From positions 62,001 to 126,000 of the forward strand of contig CBFFRP010000297.1 in NCBI GenBank assembly GCA_965644295.1: a DNA stretch of 64,000 nucleotides, given 5' to 3'. The stretch's first letter is position 1; each line of letters starts with the position of its first letter. Source of the stretch: Paraphysomonas bandaiensis. Lineage: Eukaryota; Protista; Chrysophyceae. The position numbers and the translations under genes were made by a program. Below, piece by piece: positions 12,708 through 25,677 of this stretch. The notes below the pieces were generated by a model, which did no database searches, was not told where the DNA came from, and worked only from the letters and a program-made list of their open reading frames with translations.

Positions 12708-15530
12708 ATGCTTGATTATAAAGAATTCGGCCGGAGTGGGACTGCCCCTAATAGAAATGGTAAGGCTCCTCCAGGCAATCGAGTACGACCCAAAACACGT
12801 GGAGTAGTGACTGGATCTTCAGAATTAGCGGACCTGAATATGTCCTTGAAAATGGAGAAACGGAATGTAACAACGAATTATGATTCGTCTGATGACCCTG
12901 CTGATGATTTTCAGTCTGCTATTGAGAACTGGGAGCGTTCACGACGTATGAAGCAGACCCAAGCGGATCAACAGGCTAGCAAACCGAAGTCCGCGTATAC
13001 TCGTGGCGATCCTGTCAGTGCAGCATACTCCTCTCAATTCAAGCCTATTAAGACAGGTTCTCCCAAGAGCAGTCCTCGCACAATGTCTACAAAGGCTCGT
13101 GCTGTAGCCGAACTCCATGCTGCGTACGGTATGCCGATCGGTAACGATGCACGGGCGTCAGCTACATCAAGCACTAAGCGGACGACATCGTCAACATTTA
13201 CTAGTAGGAAAAAACCATCGTCTGCTGTCCGTAGGAACGACGGAAAAGACAAACCCTCCAACTCTCCGACCCTGAGCACAGGGAGTGCAAATGATGCGAT
13301 GGGTACTTCTAGTCGGAAGACTCGGCCAATAAGCGCCAAAGATAATTCTACTGTATCCTCCTCAGGAAGCAGTGCCGCTCATCGGACGCACCGTAAGAAT
13401 TTGACAGTATGTACAAGTAATGATGGTGCCGCCTCAACGGCTCGTCATGGGACTCACTCTGCCAGAGCGGGAGGAGGTGGCAGTTCCAGGACACAAGAGC
13501 CCAAGCCGCCTGCGGAGCGACCCTACACTTCTTCGACTTCGGTTACGGAATCTCATCAGCCAGCGGGTAGAGATACAAGCCCCAAAGGAGGCTACAAACG
13601 TAGGCCGGAGCACTTGCGAGTAAGTTCAGCAGGTGGGAAAGGGATGGAGACTGTGGCTGCTGTGGTTCGTCCCAACTCAGTGTCCATTTCGTCGGGTGGT
13701 TGTGCTGGTTCAGCGAGCTCTTCTGCGTGCCAGCCCTCAGCCCCTGTCGTACAAGAAGATGCTGCAGTCACCACAGTCAGAAGGCCATCACCTAATATAG
13801 ATACGGAGATGGCTTATGATGAGACATCGAGAGAAGGTAGGGCAACCAGTTTCTCTCACAAAGATAGCACAGAGTCACAACGCCCACAATCTCGAAAACT
13901 ATATCTGGGAAGCGGTGGAACTAGTTCGGGCCCGGATAGTGATGCTCTAAGTGGGTCAGCCTTGCGTGCACCTCGTTCTGCCGGAGCGATGCCACGCCAC
14001 AGGTTGTCCCCAGAGAGCCACAGGACAGATACGGCGGAATCGCCACAGGGTGACCCTACGCTCTCTGCTGCAGCCTCCTTTGGTGGCTTCGCTAAACCCT
14101 CTAACCCGTGGCATGGTACTGTAGTCAACTATGACGAACGCCCCCCCTCTCGACAGCGTTCTGCGTTCCCTATCCATCTTGCTGACATGGAGTCCGCTCT
14201 TCGGAGGGGTTCTGCACGTAATGGCGAGAGAAAGACCGCCTTCTGTGAGAGTACAGACACCTCTGATAAAGCTGCGTCGATAGCAGTTCCAGCTGCCCCC
14301 CCCACTGGAAGCCCGAGGGCGATCAAACTTTCATCAGGGACACTAGAAAGCCCACTAGGTCGCCCACCTTCTAGGCAGCGTATTGCCGCTCAAAACCTTT
14401 GGGGAGATGAGACAGAATTGGATGCGGACCTGTCACAGGCAATTGGTGTGGTTGCATCCGAGAATACATCGTCTGAGGAGGGGCCGACCGCTGATGCGGG
14501 TACTGGTCTAGTGTCCCCGCTACTTACACCCTACGCATCATCTATTAGCATTGGTGGTGTCGTCCTAGCAGACGATGATGGGCCCTGTGGCACCTCCCCC
14601 TCTCCAAATCAAATTGCAGGGCAGCATCAGCCTCCTAGTAGATCTGACAGGGCGCGCTCTGCGTTTGATTCCTGTGCGCCCTTGGGACCCATGTACGATC
14701 CGGCCGCCGATGGCTTCTCTCAGCTAGACTCACGATCTCACACTGCACCCTTCAAAATACGCGTATGTGATGTTTCTTTTGTATTGTTTTCATCACTTTT
14801 TGTCTGCAGTTAAACCAGTCCAGTCGAAAGAATTCAGGGACAAGTAGGATCGGGGGTGATTGTGGAGAATTCCCATTTAAGAGCTCAGCTGCTACACGGG
14901 CCAAGTATGAGGCAGGGGGGCGGAGTAGGCGAGACGTGGCTTCCCCTGTGCCCACTGCGTACTTGCAGATTGACCGTGATCGAGTTAGTCCTAACCTCCA
15001 GGTGCATCACCATAGTTCAAGTTCTCACGACGATGGTGGAAGTTCAGGTTGTCCTAGGTCAATGGGGTCGTCGAAGTCAACTCCAACCCTCACCTCGCCG
15101 GCCAAGTATGCTAAATCTGCTGGTGGTATGACTATGAGCGACTTCAGTGACGGAATAGGTATGACAAGAAGCATGAGCTCTGATAATATGGCTGCTCCGG
15201 GTGAAGCATCTCCTGTAAGCCGAATACGAAAGACGCCACAGGATTATGTAGACGATATGTCTTTCTTAGACGAAGAACTAACAGTAATGGTGGGCGCAGT
15301 TTTGTTACTTGCTTGCTCGTCTTATTGTGTAAAACAGACTATGTATTCGGATGAGGGTGACAAAGACGCATGTCCAGATGCAGATGGGGTCACAGGGTTA
15401 AATGCGTCGCAAAGCCTGATGCTGGAGAGTAGTTTGGGAGAGGTGTGTGGCTATTTTGTTCTTGTCAAATTTGTCTTCACAATGTTTTGTGTAGGACTTT
15501 TTGAACTTGTTTGCCCAAGGTGGGAGATAA
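12708..15530 (+). CDS. Uncharacterised Ser/Pro-rich low-complexity protein (multi-exon)
   Basis: ~690-codon first exon with repeated RPxS motifs, then exons ending ESSLGE/DFLNLFAQGGR*. Confidence 0.7.
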
Positions 15531-16114
15531 ACTATTAACTATTAGTATATATATGTATCATGATTGTAAGTGCCGTGTACATACTGATCAATCAATATTG
15601 AAGGTACACTCTCTGTCTATGTGGTTCGGAAGTGGAAGTACTGCAGCATGTATAATTAGTAATATCAGTGAATATTAGAAAGCGTTATTCTTGTACAATA
15701 TATAAATATATTGAGAATTGTTGCGCTCTGTAGATAATAGTTGAAAAATGAATAGAAAATCAGTTTCGTAGCTCCAAGTACCGAGGTGCAGACTAACAAT
15801 AATGCCCCTTTACAATATAATCGATGGAGATTGGCAATAGCGCACTTTCATCTTTGATCACATCAGTTGCGCATATCTCCCCTTGGCTTCGTACGCCCTC
15901 ATTTTAGTCGGACTGTGAGTATTAATTGACAATGAAATATTACTACTACTTCAGGTGCTCGCTGGCCTACATCACTATACCAACAACTAAACTTAGGAAT
16001 CGTATCATCTATCACAACAACTTCGTAGCTGAAAAAAGTTCTAAAGAGTGTTTCTAATTATCGAAGTAGGCGATCAATCGATTATTAAGAAATCATACCA
16101 ACAGACTGCCATGT

Positions 16115-16618
16115 TTATGCGGTGCGGCTGTTACGGCCTGCCTTGGTACGGGCAGCCTTGACAATGCCAGCGCGCACTCTCGCGTCGCGAAGAGCCTTAT
16201 TGTATTTGATCTTAGCGGCAGCAGATAAATCCGCACGGTAAAAGCTGCTGCATCCACGAGACTTCACAACCTTCTCAGATCTGACACGGTCCTTTCTGAG
16301 GGGGGTGGTGGCAACATTCTTGCGAGGAGCATTGCACTTGCGGGGGGCCTGAAATATAACCACTTACATATAAATTTAAATTCATTGCTTGTAAATCACC
16401 TTGGTCTTAAGGTAGACTCTATTGTCTTTGTCAGAGGTAATATCAACAGCCTTGGAGTTAGCCAAGCCAGAGTATTTGAATGAGTTAACATTCATAAGGT
16501 TTCCGGTCTCTGCAGAGAACTGAACTGCACCAGAACGAGCAGTCTGCTCACGTTTATGCAGAAAACTGTTGTTATTTTTAACAACTTGCCAAATTAATGA
16601 ATCTGAAACACGAGACAT
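16115..16618 (-). CDS. RPL28: 60S ribosomal protein L28 (eL28), 2 coding exons
   Basis: SDSLIWQVVKNNNSFLHK...ETGNLMNVNSFKYSGLANSKAVDI...FYRADL. Confidence 0.93.
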
Positions 16619-16875
16619 GTTGATGATCTCTTTGATTGATCGTAAACTTACTATAATAATAATTTTAATTGATGACAAGGCTATACATACAACACTTAAC
16701 ACAATATTCATATATAAAAAAAAAACCTGCTTGTCCACCACAAACCTCGTAGGTACCTCTAGAAGATACTATTTTTTCAGTTTATAATATTTCACTGATT
16801 TCGTCAGTGTGATGCGAAACGGTCTGATCTCCGTTCATTTGTCCCTATAGATATATATGTATGTACAGCTAGGTA

Positions 16876-16915
16876 TGCATGTATGTATGTGTGTATGTAT
16901 GTATGTATGTATGTA
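16876..16915 (-). repeat. (TATG)n microsatellite upstream of RPL28
   Basis: TATGTATG run in the divergent intergenic region. Confidence 0.9.
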
Positions 16916-17102
16916 TCCATACAGTGAGAGTTAGTTATATCATTCAAGTCTTACAATATTCTTACTATATAGTCCAGTAGTTTACTTCATATCATTATTA
17001 CAATATCAGATGGATTAGAAATAACATACTAGGGAGAATATCGGGAAGAATATTGCTAATTCATACCAATTCTATTCATTCAGTGTAGGTATTTAGTGCA
17101 TC

Positions 17103-20100
17103 ATGTCAATGGAAGATATCGCTGCACTGGAAGTTGATATAAAACATAAAATTGAGAATGCATTTGATGCTCGACATATATATGAAATATTTAGTACACT
17201 TATAAGCTCAATACGTTATCAACAAGATCAGATTACTCATTTGCGATCTGATTTACAAAATGCTAACAAGAAAGTTGCTGAGCTTGCAGCTAATGTTCAT
17301 ACAATGGAGTATAATATTCAGGGGTTCGACTCTGATGATGATGATTTTTTGGATAGTGATGATACACCTGTACCAATAAAGCGTAGTGCATCTCGTAGAA
17401 CCCCACGTGTTAGAGACAGAAAAGGTATATCACGTCGCGAGTCTAAGCCCCAGCCTATAGAAGAGTCGGATGCCGCGTCTTCGACTCCCACAGCTGGTGA
17501 AAATTCTTCCGTCAATGAATCGACAACACACCTAGATAGCATTCCAAAGGAAGCCGACGAAACCCCCGTAATTGTTGAGGAATCCACACCAGCAGAATCC
17601 ACACCGACTAACGTTGAAGCGGCCTCAGTCAAGGGTACTGATTCCCCTCCTTTGCAAACAAATGCAGACACAACACCAGCACATGACTCTGAGCCTGAGG
17701 AAAGTACTGCTAATGCTTTACCTGAGGGAAATACTGCTGAACCTCAGGTAAACGATATCGTTACTCCTCCTCCTGATATCGAAAAGAGTGATCCAGAAAA
17801 GAAGGATGAGGTGTCTGCAACTGATAAGCCGGATGCAGATGTACATCCTTCAGTTGAGGAATCAACAGTCGCTGCCCCGGCATCGCCACAACAGTCGTCT
17901 CAGCAAGAGAATGTTAATCCTGATGCGGAGCATTTGTCATCTGGTAAGTTACGGCCTCACTATCTAAGAACGGAGGAAGAAGAGCGTGCTTGGAAGGCCA
18001 AGAAAAGGCGTGTTCTACGATTAGTGATGGAAAAGGTCCGTACAATGATGAAGCTGAGCAGGTCTCATCTTAGCGGTAAGTTCTAAACTACCATTAACTC
18101 TGAATGCATTGTAATATTTGTTTCTTTGTTAATTAGTGGCAAGATCGAAGCTGGATCCAAAGCTGAGTGTCAACAATCGTATTCGTGCTTTGGAGGATAA
18201 TCTATCGGGCTTAACGACGCTAGTGAACGCCCACCGTAAAGCTCTTGATGCTGTTCCTGCTCGAATTCGCGCCGTTATTCCTCCTGACCTCAAAAATCAG
18301 CTTGCCCGACTTTCTGTAGTAATGGATAACATGGAGAGTCTGCGTAATAAATTGAGCGCCTCTGCCCCTTCTGAACTAACGGTATGTTTCAGTGGGCATG
18401 TATTCATTCGCTCTGTTGTTGTTAGTAACAGTTCTGCAATGTTTGTAGACACATGAATCGCAAACAGAGTCTGCACTTACCGGTGCCCTCGTTCCGGATG
18501 CCGACGGACAATTTCCTGATTCGTTGATTCAGACAATAGTAAAGCAGGTTCTTGAGAAGATGCCAAGGCAAAACGTGTCCTCCACTCCTCGGGTGATGCA
18601 GCACGAGGTCGAAAAAGTACTTCAAGCGAAAAGCAGTCAGTCATTCTCCAGTCAATCGGTTGGGAATCAGTCATTTGGAAGCCAAGTATTGCCTACACCG
18701 AAAAGTGCACGAAGCGCTGTTGTGGATACAGAGAAGTCGGAGAAAAGTGAAGTACCCGAAAAGGTTGTAGAAACTGAATTTCGTGAAACTCATGCCGGAA
18801 TCGATATGAATACACTCCTGTCTGCTGATACTGTGGAGAAAATCGCTCAGAAGATGATCGAAGCGGGCCACCTTGATGAATTGCGGCAGCCGGTAAAGTC
18901 AAGAAGAGCAAGCGCCGCGAAAGCTTTTTTCCGACCTTCCTCGGCTGCTCTTTCGTCTCCAACCAGGGGCTCTCCTGTTGCGACTCCTGTAATGGAGGAC
19001 GAGGACGAAGACGAGGCATTCATTCGAGAACAGACCGCCGCTGTGGTAAAGGACCTCACGAAGAATATGCTAACTAAGGAGGATATTTCATTGATGTTGG
19101 ACGTGCCAGTGGGTGATTCGATTGGCGGTGAAATATCTGGGAAGGTGCAGGAGTATAATATATCATCGAGCGGTCCTGGAACCCCTACTTTGAGTGCCCC
19201 TCCCGGTAGCATTGCGACTCGTGACACCACATCTGCAGGGTCTGCGCCTGAGGAAGCTCTTCCATTCCCTGAATACCGTGCTCGTGGATCGGATCAACGT
19301 AGAGACTCTGCACCGGCCACTCTAAATTTTCGTGGACGCAGGGGATCAGCGTCGCAACAATCAAGCCTACAATTTGCAGATAGGTTCCGAAGCGTTATTG
19401 CTCAGCAGATCCAGCAACTAACTTCAGATTCTGTGAAGCATTCAGAGCTTGACGAGAAACTTAAACAAATGCAAACGTATATTAATCTCGAAATAAATAA
19501 GGCAGTATCGGGACTACGAAATGATCTAAAAGAGCTGGGTGAATATGCAAGAGAAAGAAATATTGCGCTGCAGAGTGCAATGCAGGAGACAAACGCCACT
19601 GTTTCGAACTTGGATTTCATGCTGAAAACACAGTTATCTGAAGTGAATAGACAGCAACAGATGGCCGATAATGCTGATAGATCTTGGAGACCCGAAATAT
19701 TAAAGATTCAGAAACAAATACAAGCAAAAGCTGCGGAGCAGACGGAAGTTGCTCGAGCTGTAAGTGATGTAATGATTTTGATATGTACGTGCAATAACGA
19801 TAGGTTATATTCGCAGCTTCTTGTCGATTTGGAGCGATTACAAAAGGAAGTCCAGGAACGAGTTGATGAGAAGCGACTGGAGGAGCTTGTTGGAGAAATC
19901 AATAAAAGAATACAGAGGTAGATCTTGGTTTTCTTTCAAATACATTCTGCTTATGATTGTACAGAGGTGTGGAAAAGGGTGTCGACCCGGTAAATAACTC
20001 CATAGCGAGTATCGTCCGTGCTGTGAAGCATAAGGCCGACAAGCATGAGATGGAGAGAATGCTTGCAGAAAGGTATCGTGTTTACGCACTCTTTTATGAC

Positions 20101-20682
20101 GCCTTATTCTATGTTAGAATTGCGCAAACAGAGGATGCTATAGCTCGCCTAGAGGCGGAGACCGAAGCTGCAGGAGTGACAAAGTGCTTAAGCTGTGGTC
20201 AGCTGGGACCCAATCCAGCCCAGTCAGAGCAAAGCCTGGAGTCTTTTCACTCCAGTATTTCATCTTGGGCGGGTAACAAAGGTGGTGATTACGAACAAGT
20301 GTTGGCCGTGATACATCGCAATGCTGGCCTGAAACCACTCACAAGACATGGGAAACCAATGGCGCCGAAAATATCATCTCGTCCCCACACATCTGATCCG
20401 TCAGGCCCACCTGCTCCTTTACACAGGAAAGATCCGAGGTTCCCAGCTGAACCTCTCTACCGGCGTGCAAAGCATGTAAATCAAATGAAGGAGGTTCCGA
20501 AAGTTCCGTTAGTGAATTTTGGTCACTCAACTTCATCGCCAGAAGACATATATCACCTGGATACTTCCACCAATTCGAGATCATCCCAAGCAGTTGGAGG
20601 AGTGGGCGGAGTAAAGTTCCCTAGAGTGCCAGCACCTATTTCGGCTCCTAAAAATTTCATGAGCCAATCACAGGGTTTATAA
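17103..20682 (+). CDS. Uncharacterised coiled-coil protein (C-terminal KAD...KCLSC region, weakly QRICH2/DUF4795-like)
   Basis: Consecutive + ORFs joined by short GT-AG introns; heptad-rich segments; HKADKHEMERML...KCLSCGQ. Confidence 0.65.
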
Positions 20683-20915
20683 AATTAGTGAGCTAAATGT
20701 TTTCTTGGCAAGTGGTCGATTGTTTGTGTTCGCGTCTTTATGATTTTGTTGTCTACGAGTACTTTAGTTATGGATTGTTTTATTCTACCAAGTTAAGCTT
20801 GTCACTTAATAACGTTTGCGGCTTTTTTATTTATTAATAAGTTATAAGATGCTGCTGTAATTGATATTTCATTTATCACAGAACTATTTATGGAGCGATG
20901 AGAAAATATGATCCA

Positions 20916-21291
20916 TGTTGAGTTTAGCTATTCGAGAGCAATTGAAGCTGTAGTTATAAGGCATTTAAATTATAACCGTTACGAGAAGTATACAGTTGTG
21001 GTTAACTATAGTACTGAGTTCTGCTATATGAGAGCAATTTGAAAGCTGTGGTAAATAATAGCCGTAACGAGAAGTTTACAGTTGTAGTTAGTTGTACTAT
21101 GAGAGTAAATGACGATAAGTATATAGTAGTGAAACGTGAAACGGAATATAGTAATGAAGTAAGATCGTAGTAGAGATTAGAGATAACATAAAGTTGAAGA
21201 ATGATAAGAGATAAGAGATATTGATTATAATTTATAATTCTCAGCATTGGGTATAAGTTTACCTTCAATACTACTCATAAGATGCCCAACA
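20916..21291 (+). mobile_element. Candidate solo LTR (TGTTG...CAACA, 376 bp)
   Basis: Same 5-bp inverted termini as the Copia-B LTR and internal degenerate direct repeats (CCGTWACGAGAAGTWTACAGTTGT x2). No matching TSD. Confidence 0.35.
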
Positions 21292-22434
21292 TTGATAATC
21301 CACCCTTGGAAAGTGAAGATCATATGAGATGAGGCAATGAGGTAATGTACGACAGGAAAAGTGGCAAAGAAGATTAGTAAGTGTAGCTACCAACAAGATG
21401 CTCGACAACTTAATGCGTAGCAGTACTGAGGTTCGAGGGACAGTAGTAACAGCTTGAATCCATTATAGTCATATATGCGACGATAAAAATATGCCCTCTC
21501 GATATGCCGCGTCTTTTTCTCATCTGTAGTGGTAGGAGTGTATACCTCATATCTTAAATCAAGCTTGTACGATAGTGGTCTGTACTTCATAATATATATA
21601 CGTATGGAGTATTTAGCAAATGTGGTGTACATCACATATACAGTCTAAGGTTAACTAAGTGCACGATATGCTTTGGCAACCCAAAAGAACTTTTTACGTC
21701 GACCTTGTGTAGTAGCGTAATTTCAGACAATTCTTTGCTTGACATAAGCGCGCATACATCATTTGTACTTGATTCATAAATCTAAAAATATTGATACTTC
21801 TAATAAAACAATTCTGTAATACATGGTAGAAAGTGACAGCATAACGAACAGGACTTTCAGTCTGTACTGAGATTATAAACTAGTAACATATAGTAAACTT
21901 ATTGTCAATTTCATTTGTGATTCACCTTTAAACTTATTTTCGGAATAGTTCGAAGTGTAACTGACAATGACGTTATGATGACAATCATTTATCTTCGACA
22001 GATACTCTCTCTAATTCAGTTGTTCATGATATATTTCATTGAACATTATAACTTGCAAATACAATCTTGTATTAAGCTGAATCCTAATAACGCACAACAC
22101 GTCGACGAAACCTAATACTTATCAATTTCTTTCTTTCAGTTCCATCTCGCTATGGTATTGGATGACAATGATTATTGCTTATCAATAATATAATACCACA
22201 CAGAAAGATTGGTATAAACGTATAAACCATGTTGGTATAACTGGAAACAGTACGAGAAATATGCTAAATCAAGTAAAGATCAACAGTTACCAGTTACCTA
22301 TACCAGTATCGTCACTAGTGAACTAGGAGTAGCAGGACACTTCCATTCCAACGGAACACTATTATACATATCCATCTCTAATATCCTCAGAACTAAAAAT
22401 ATATCCAAAATGCAAGGTAATACAGAAACAATAC

Positions 22435-22899
22435 TTAGTTATCAACTTTCATTCTTTTGTTGGACGCTATTTGATGGGACACTATTCTCCTGGCGGCACC
22501 AGAATCGACAGCTACTTTCCGTCCATCTTTATCTATTTGTTCAATACTTTTTATTTTTTCAACATATTTCTTTATTCTGGATAGATCTTCTTTTACGGGA
22601 TGATCAGATGTGGCAACACCCTATACATATATATATGTATATATATATAGATACATACATATATTAGCTAATGATGAGGTAAGAATATAATGACCCACCT
22701 TAGCCTTCAAAGAAATATATAGTAATGATGCTAAACTATAAGCAACACCGACATTGAGTTTGGCATGTTCTAATGGAGACAGTTGCTGTTGTACTGTCTC
22801 AAAATCTTGATCATGGAGTTTATCGACATGTTCTGTTATTCCCTCTAGTGAATCCTTACACTCATCTATTGATTTTATTGCATTCTCTAATTTGTTCAT
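22435..22899 (-). CDS. C1D: C1D/Rrp47 (Sas10/Utp3/C1D family) exosome cofactor, 2 exons
   Basis: LSPLEHAKLNVGVAYSLASLLYISLKAK/GVATSDHPVKEDLSRIKKYVEKIK...VDSGAARRIVSH. Confidence 0.85.
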
Positions 22900-23291
22900 G
22901 GTGAATTAAACTAATAGCTGGACTATTAAATAATGTGCTTGTATATGTATGTATGTCTATATATATGTATGTATAGAGTGCGGTGTACTTATGAAGGACA
23001 GGCCCACAAACATACACACATGTACACACTGCTGGTGTATGTCGTATGTATCATCACTACGTACACCAGTACACACATGTCCACTACAGGTCGGTAGTAC
23101 AATACCGTAGTACGGTATATCCCCCTATATCATACATCATCATAAAATGAGCGAAGTGTGTGAAGTTGGAAGATAATAATTCCTAGCCAACCATACTTTC
23201 GTCCACCGAAATTGCAGTGATTTGATACGTCTAAGATTACCTCACTTCATCATCTGATTGCTGTATTGCAGTAAGTGAATTAATTGATAAG

Positions 23292-25316
23292 ATGGCCACT
23301 TTTACTGAATCTCAAACCAGAGAAGCTCCTATCATTGGGATCGATCTAGGGACTACTTATTCATGCGTGGCGGCGTATGATTCCACACTTGAAAAGGTTG
23401 TGGTGCTTCCTAATACCATAGGAGAACTGACTACACCATCATGGGTAGCGTTTACTCCATCTGGACGAGTTGTTGGACAAGCAGCAAAGCAACAAGCCTC
23501 AATGAATGCGTCCAATACTGTGTTTGATGTGAAACGAATTATTGGTAGGAGTCTAGAGGATCCTGTCACTCGTGATGAGGCTAAACGACTCCCGTATTCT
23601 ATTATCGATGGGGGTGATGGAAGGCCTATTATAGAGGTTGATTGGAGAGGAAGAAAGCAGCGATTATCACCTGAGGAGGTGTCTTCTATGGTACTTCTGG
23701 AAATGAAACGTGCTGCCGATGCAGCACTTGGGTGTGATTGCAAGAAGGCAGTAGTGACTGTGCCCGCTCATTTCAATGATCAGCAGCGACAGGCGACAAA
23801 AGATGCTGGTAGGATTGCTGGGCTGGAAGTTGTACGAATCATCAATGAGCCCACTGCGGCTGCCCTTGCTTATGGTCTTCATACGGCTGGTGCCGATGGA
23901 GCAGCAAATCAGAACAAATCCAATGTAATGATATTTGATCTTGGTGGTGGCACCTTCGATGTGAGTGTTTTATCGATGGAGGGTGGAGTATTTACGGTCA
24001 AAGCCACTGGAGGCGACACCCATCTTGGCGGTGAGGACTTTGACAACGCTCTTTTGGATTGGTGCCTGCGTACTATTGAGGAGCGCCATGGCAAGAACTC
24101 TATGAAAGCGATTCGGTCAAGTGCAAGAGCTATGCAGAGACTCAAGAAAGCTTGTGAGGCCGCCAAACGCTCTCTTTCCAATGCTGCGGAGGCGGATATT
24201 GAGATCGATGCCCTTATTGATGGGTCGGAGGCATTTAATGCGACACTGACGAAACCACTGTTCGAGTCGCTCTGTTCGGAGCTTTTTACGAGATGTATCG
24301 ATACAGTGAAGCTCGTGCTCAGAGATGCACATGCTACACTCGAAGATGTAAGTGATGTAGTATTGGTTGGAGGATCTACCCGCATTCCGGCCCTGCAGGA
24401 TATGCTTGTACAGCACTTTAATGGTAGAATCTCCCTCTGCAAATCCATTAATCCAGACGAGGCTGTCGCATATGGCGCAGCAGTGCAAGGTGCCATATTA
24501 CAGGCCGGAGGTTCTGGTGGTGGACAGGCATTGCAGGGTGTGTGCACAGACCTGGTGCTCTTGGACGTGGCTCCGCTGTCCCTAGGGATCGAGTTGGAAG
24601 GCCACGCTATGTCTGTGCTGATCCCACGCAATACCCCTATTCCGTGCATTAAGAGCAGGGAGTATACCACTGTAGATGATTGGCAGACTGAGATCGATGT
24701 TGTTGTTTTCGAGGGAGAGCGCCCACATACCAGTGCAAATAACAAGCTCGGTGAGTTCAAGATATCCGGAGTGCAGCGTGCACGCAGAGGTGAACCTAAA
24801 GTGGAAGTTACATTTCAAATGGACGCAAATGGCATTCTTCACGTTGGGGCTAGGTACTGTTAATTGTGTGCTGTTGTTTGTCTTACCGTGTTTGAAACAG
24901 AGATAAGGTGACTGGTGCTAAGGCTTCAGCCCAAATCAAAGCAGACAGAGGACGTCTAACTGAAGAAGATATCGAGCGGATGATTGCCGATGCCGAGCGA
25001 TACAGAGAGGAGGATGAAATTCTTTCTCGCAAAATTCACCTTAGGAATGCATTGGAAGAAGCAGTCTACAGAGTCAAGTCGACCTGCACCGACAAGTACG
25101 TATACTTATGGGTGACTGTTGTTGTCTTCGATAATAGATACTTGTCATTTCAGGAATGATATCAAGGGTATTACTGACCTTGACGAGGTACTGGAGTGGC
25201 TGGAGTATGATAGCGAGACAGCGTCCCTGGAAGAAGTGCAACAACATTGCGATAACTTATTTACTCGATTCGGGATTCGCGTCGAGGTTACGTCCGAAGA
25301 TGTTAGAGGCATATAA
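23292..25316 (+). CDS. Hsp70-family chaperone, divergent, lacking EEVD/KDEL (3 exons)
   Basis: GIDLGTTYSCVA, IINEPTAAALAYG, DLGGGTFDVS, GGEDFDN, LVGGSTRIP, LVLLDVAPLSLGIE; ends VTSEDVRGI*. Confidence 0.93.
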
Positions 25317-25677
25317 CTAGAGGTTGTGGTACAATTATGAGTCGTAAATATGTCCTCCATTAATATGTTCGTGTTAGATTGCTAGCTTATAAGTATGTTA
25401 TTGGGATACATATATATAATGTAACTAACAAGTATTACACTCGGTATGTACTTTACTCTTTAAAACCGTAACTACTATTCAAACTAATTGTTACTCACGG
25501 ATTGGCATAGCTTGCAACATAAGTAGCAAAACCCGAGGGGAAATAGCTTTGTGCACTCCGTTGAGTAGCATGAGCGAGACAAATCATTAAAATAAATTAG
25601 TAGAGAAAGAACTCTTTGAGACCCTCACATAAGCGACCTTTCACAAGCACAATATTTTATATTTCACAACCTAAACA

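Noticed and set aside
16792-16840. Hairpin CACTGA-TTTCG-TCAGTG plus GTGATG...CTGA near RPL28 as a snoRNA
   Set aside because: The boxes are too close together to hold a guide, and I recognised no rRNA complementarity.
23357-24842. Long antisense ORFs opposite Hsp70 (and similar ones opposite the kinase, AsnRS and gag-pol)
   Set aside because: Shadow ORFs produced by codon bias of the real genes; no motifs.
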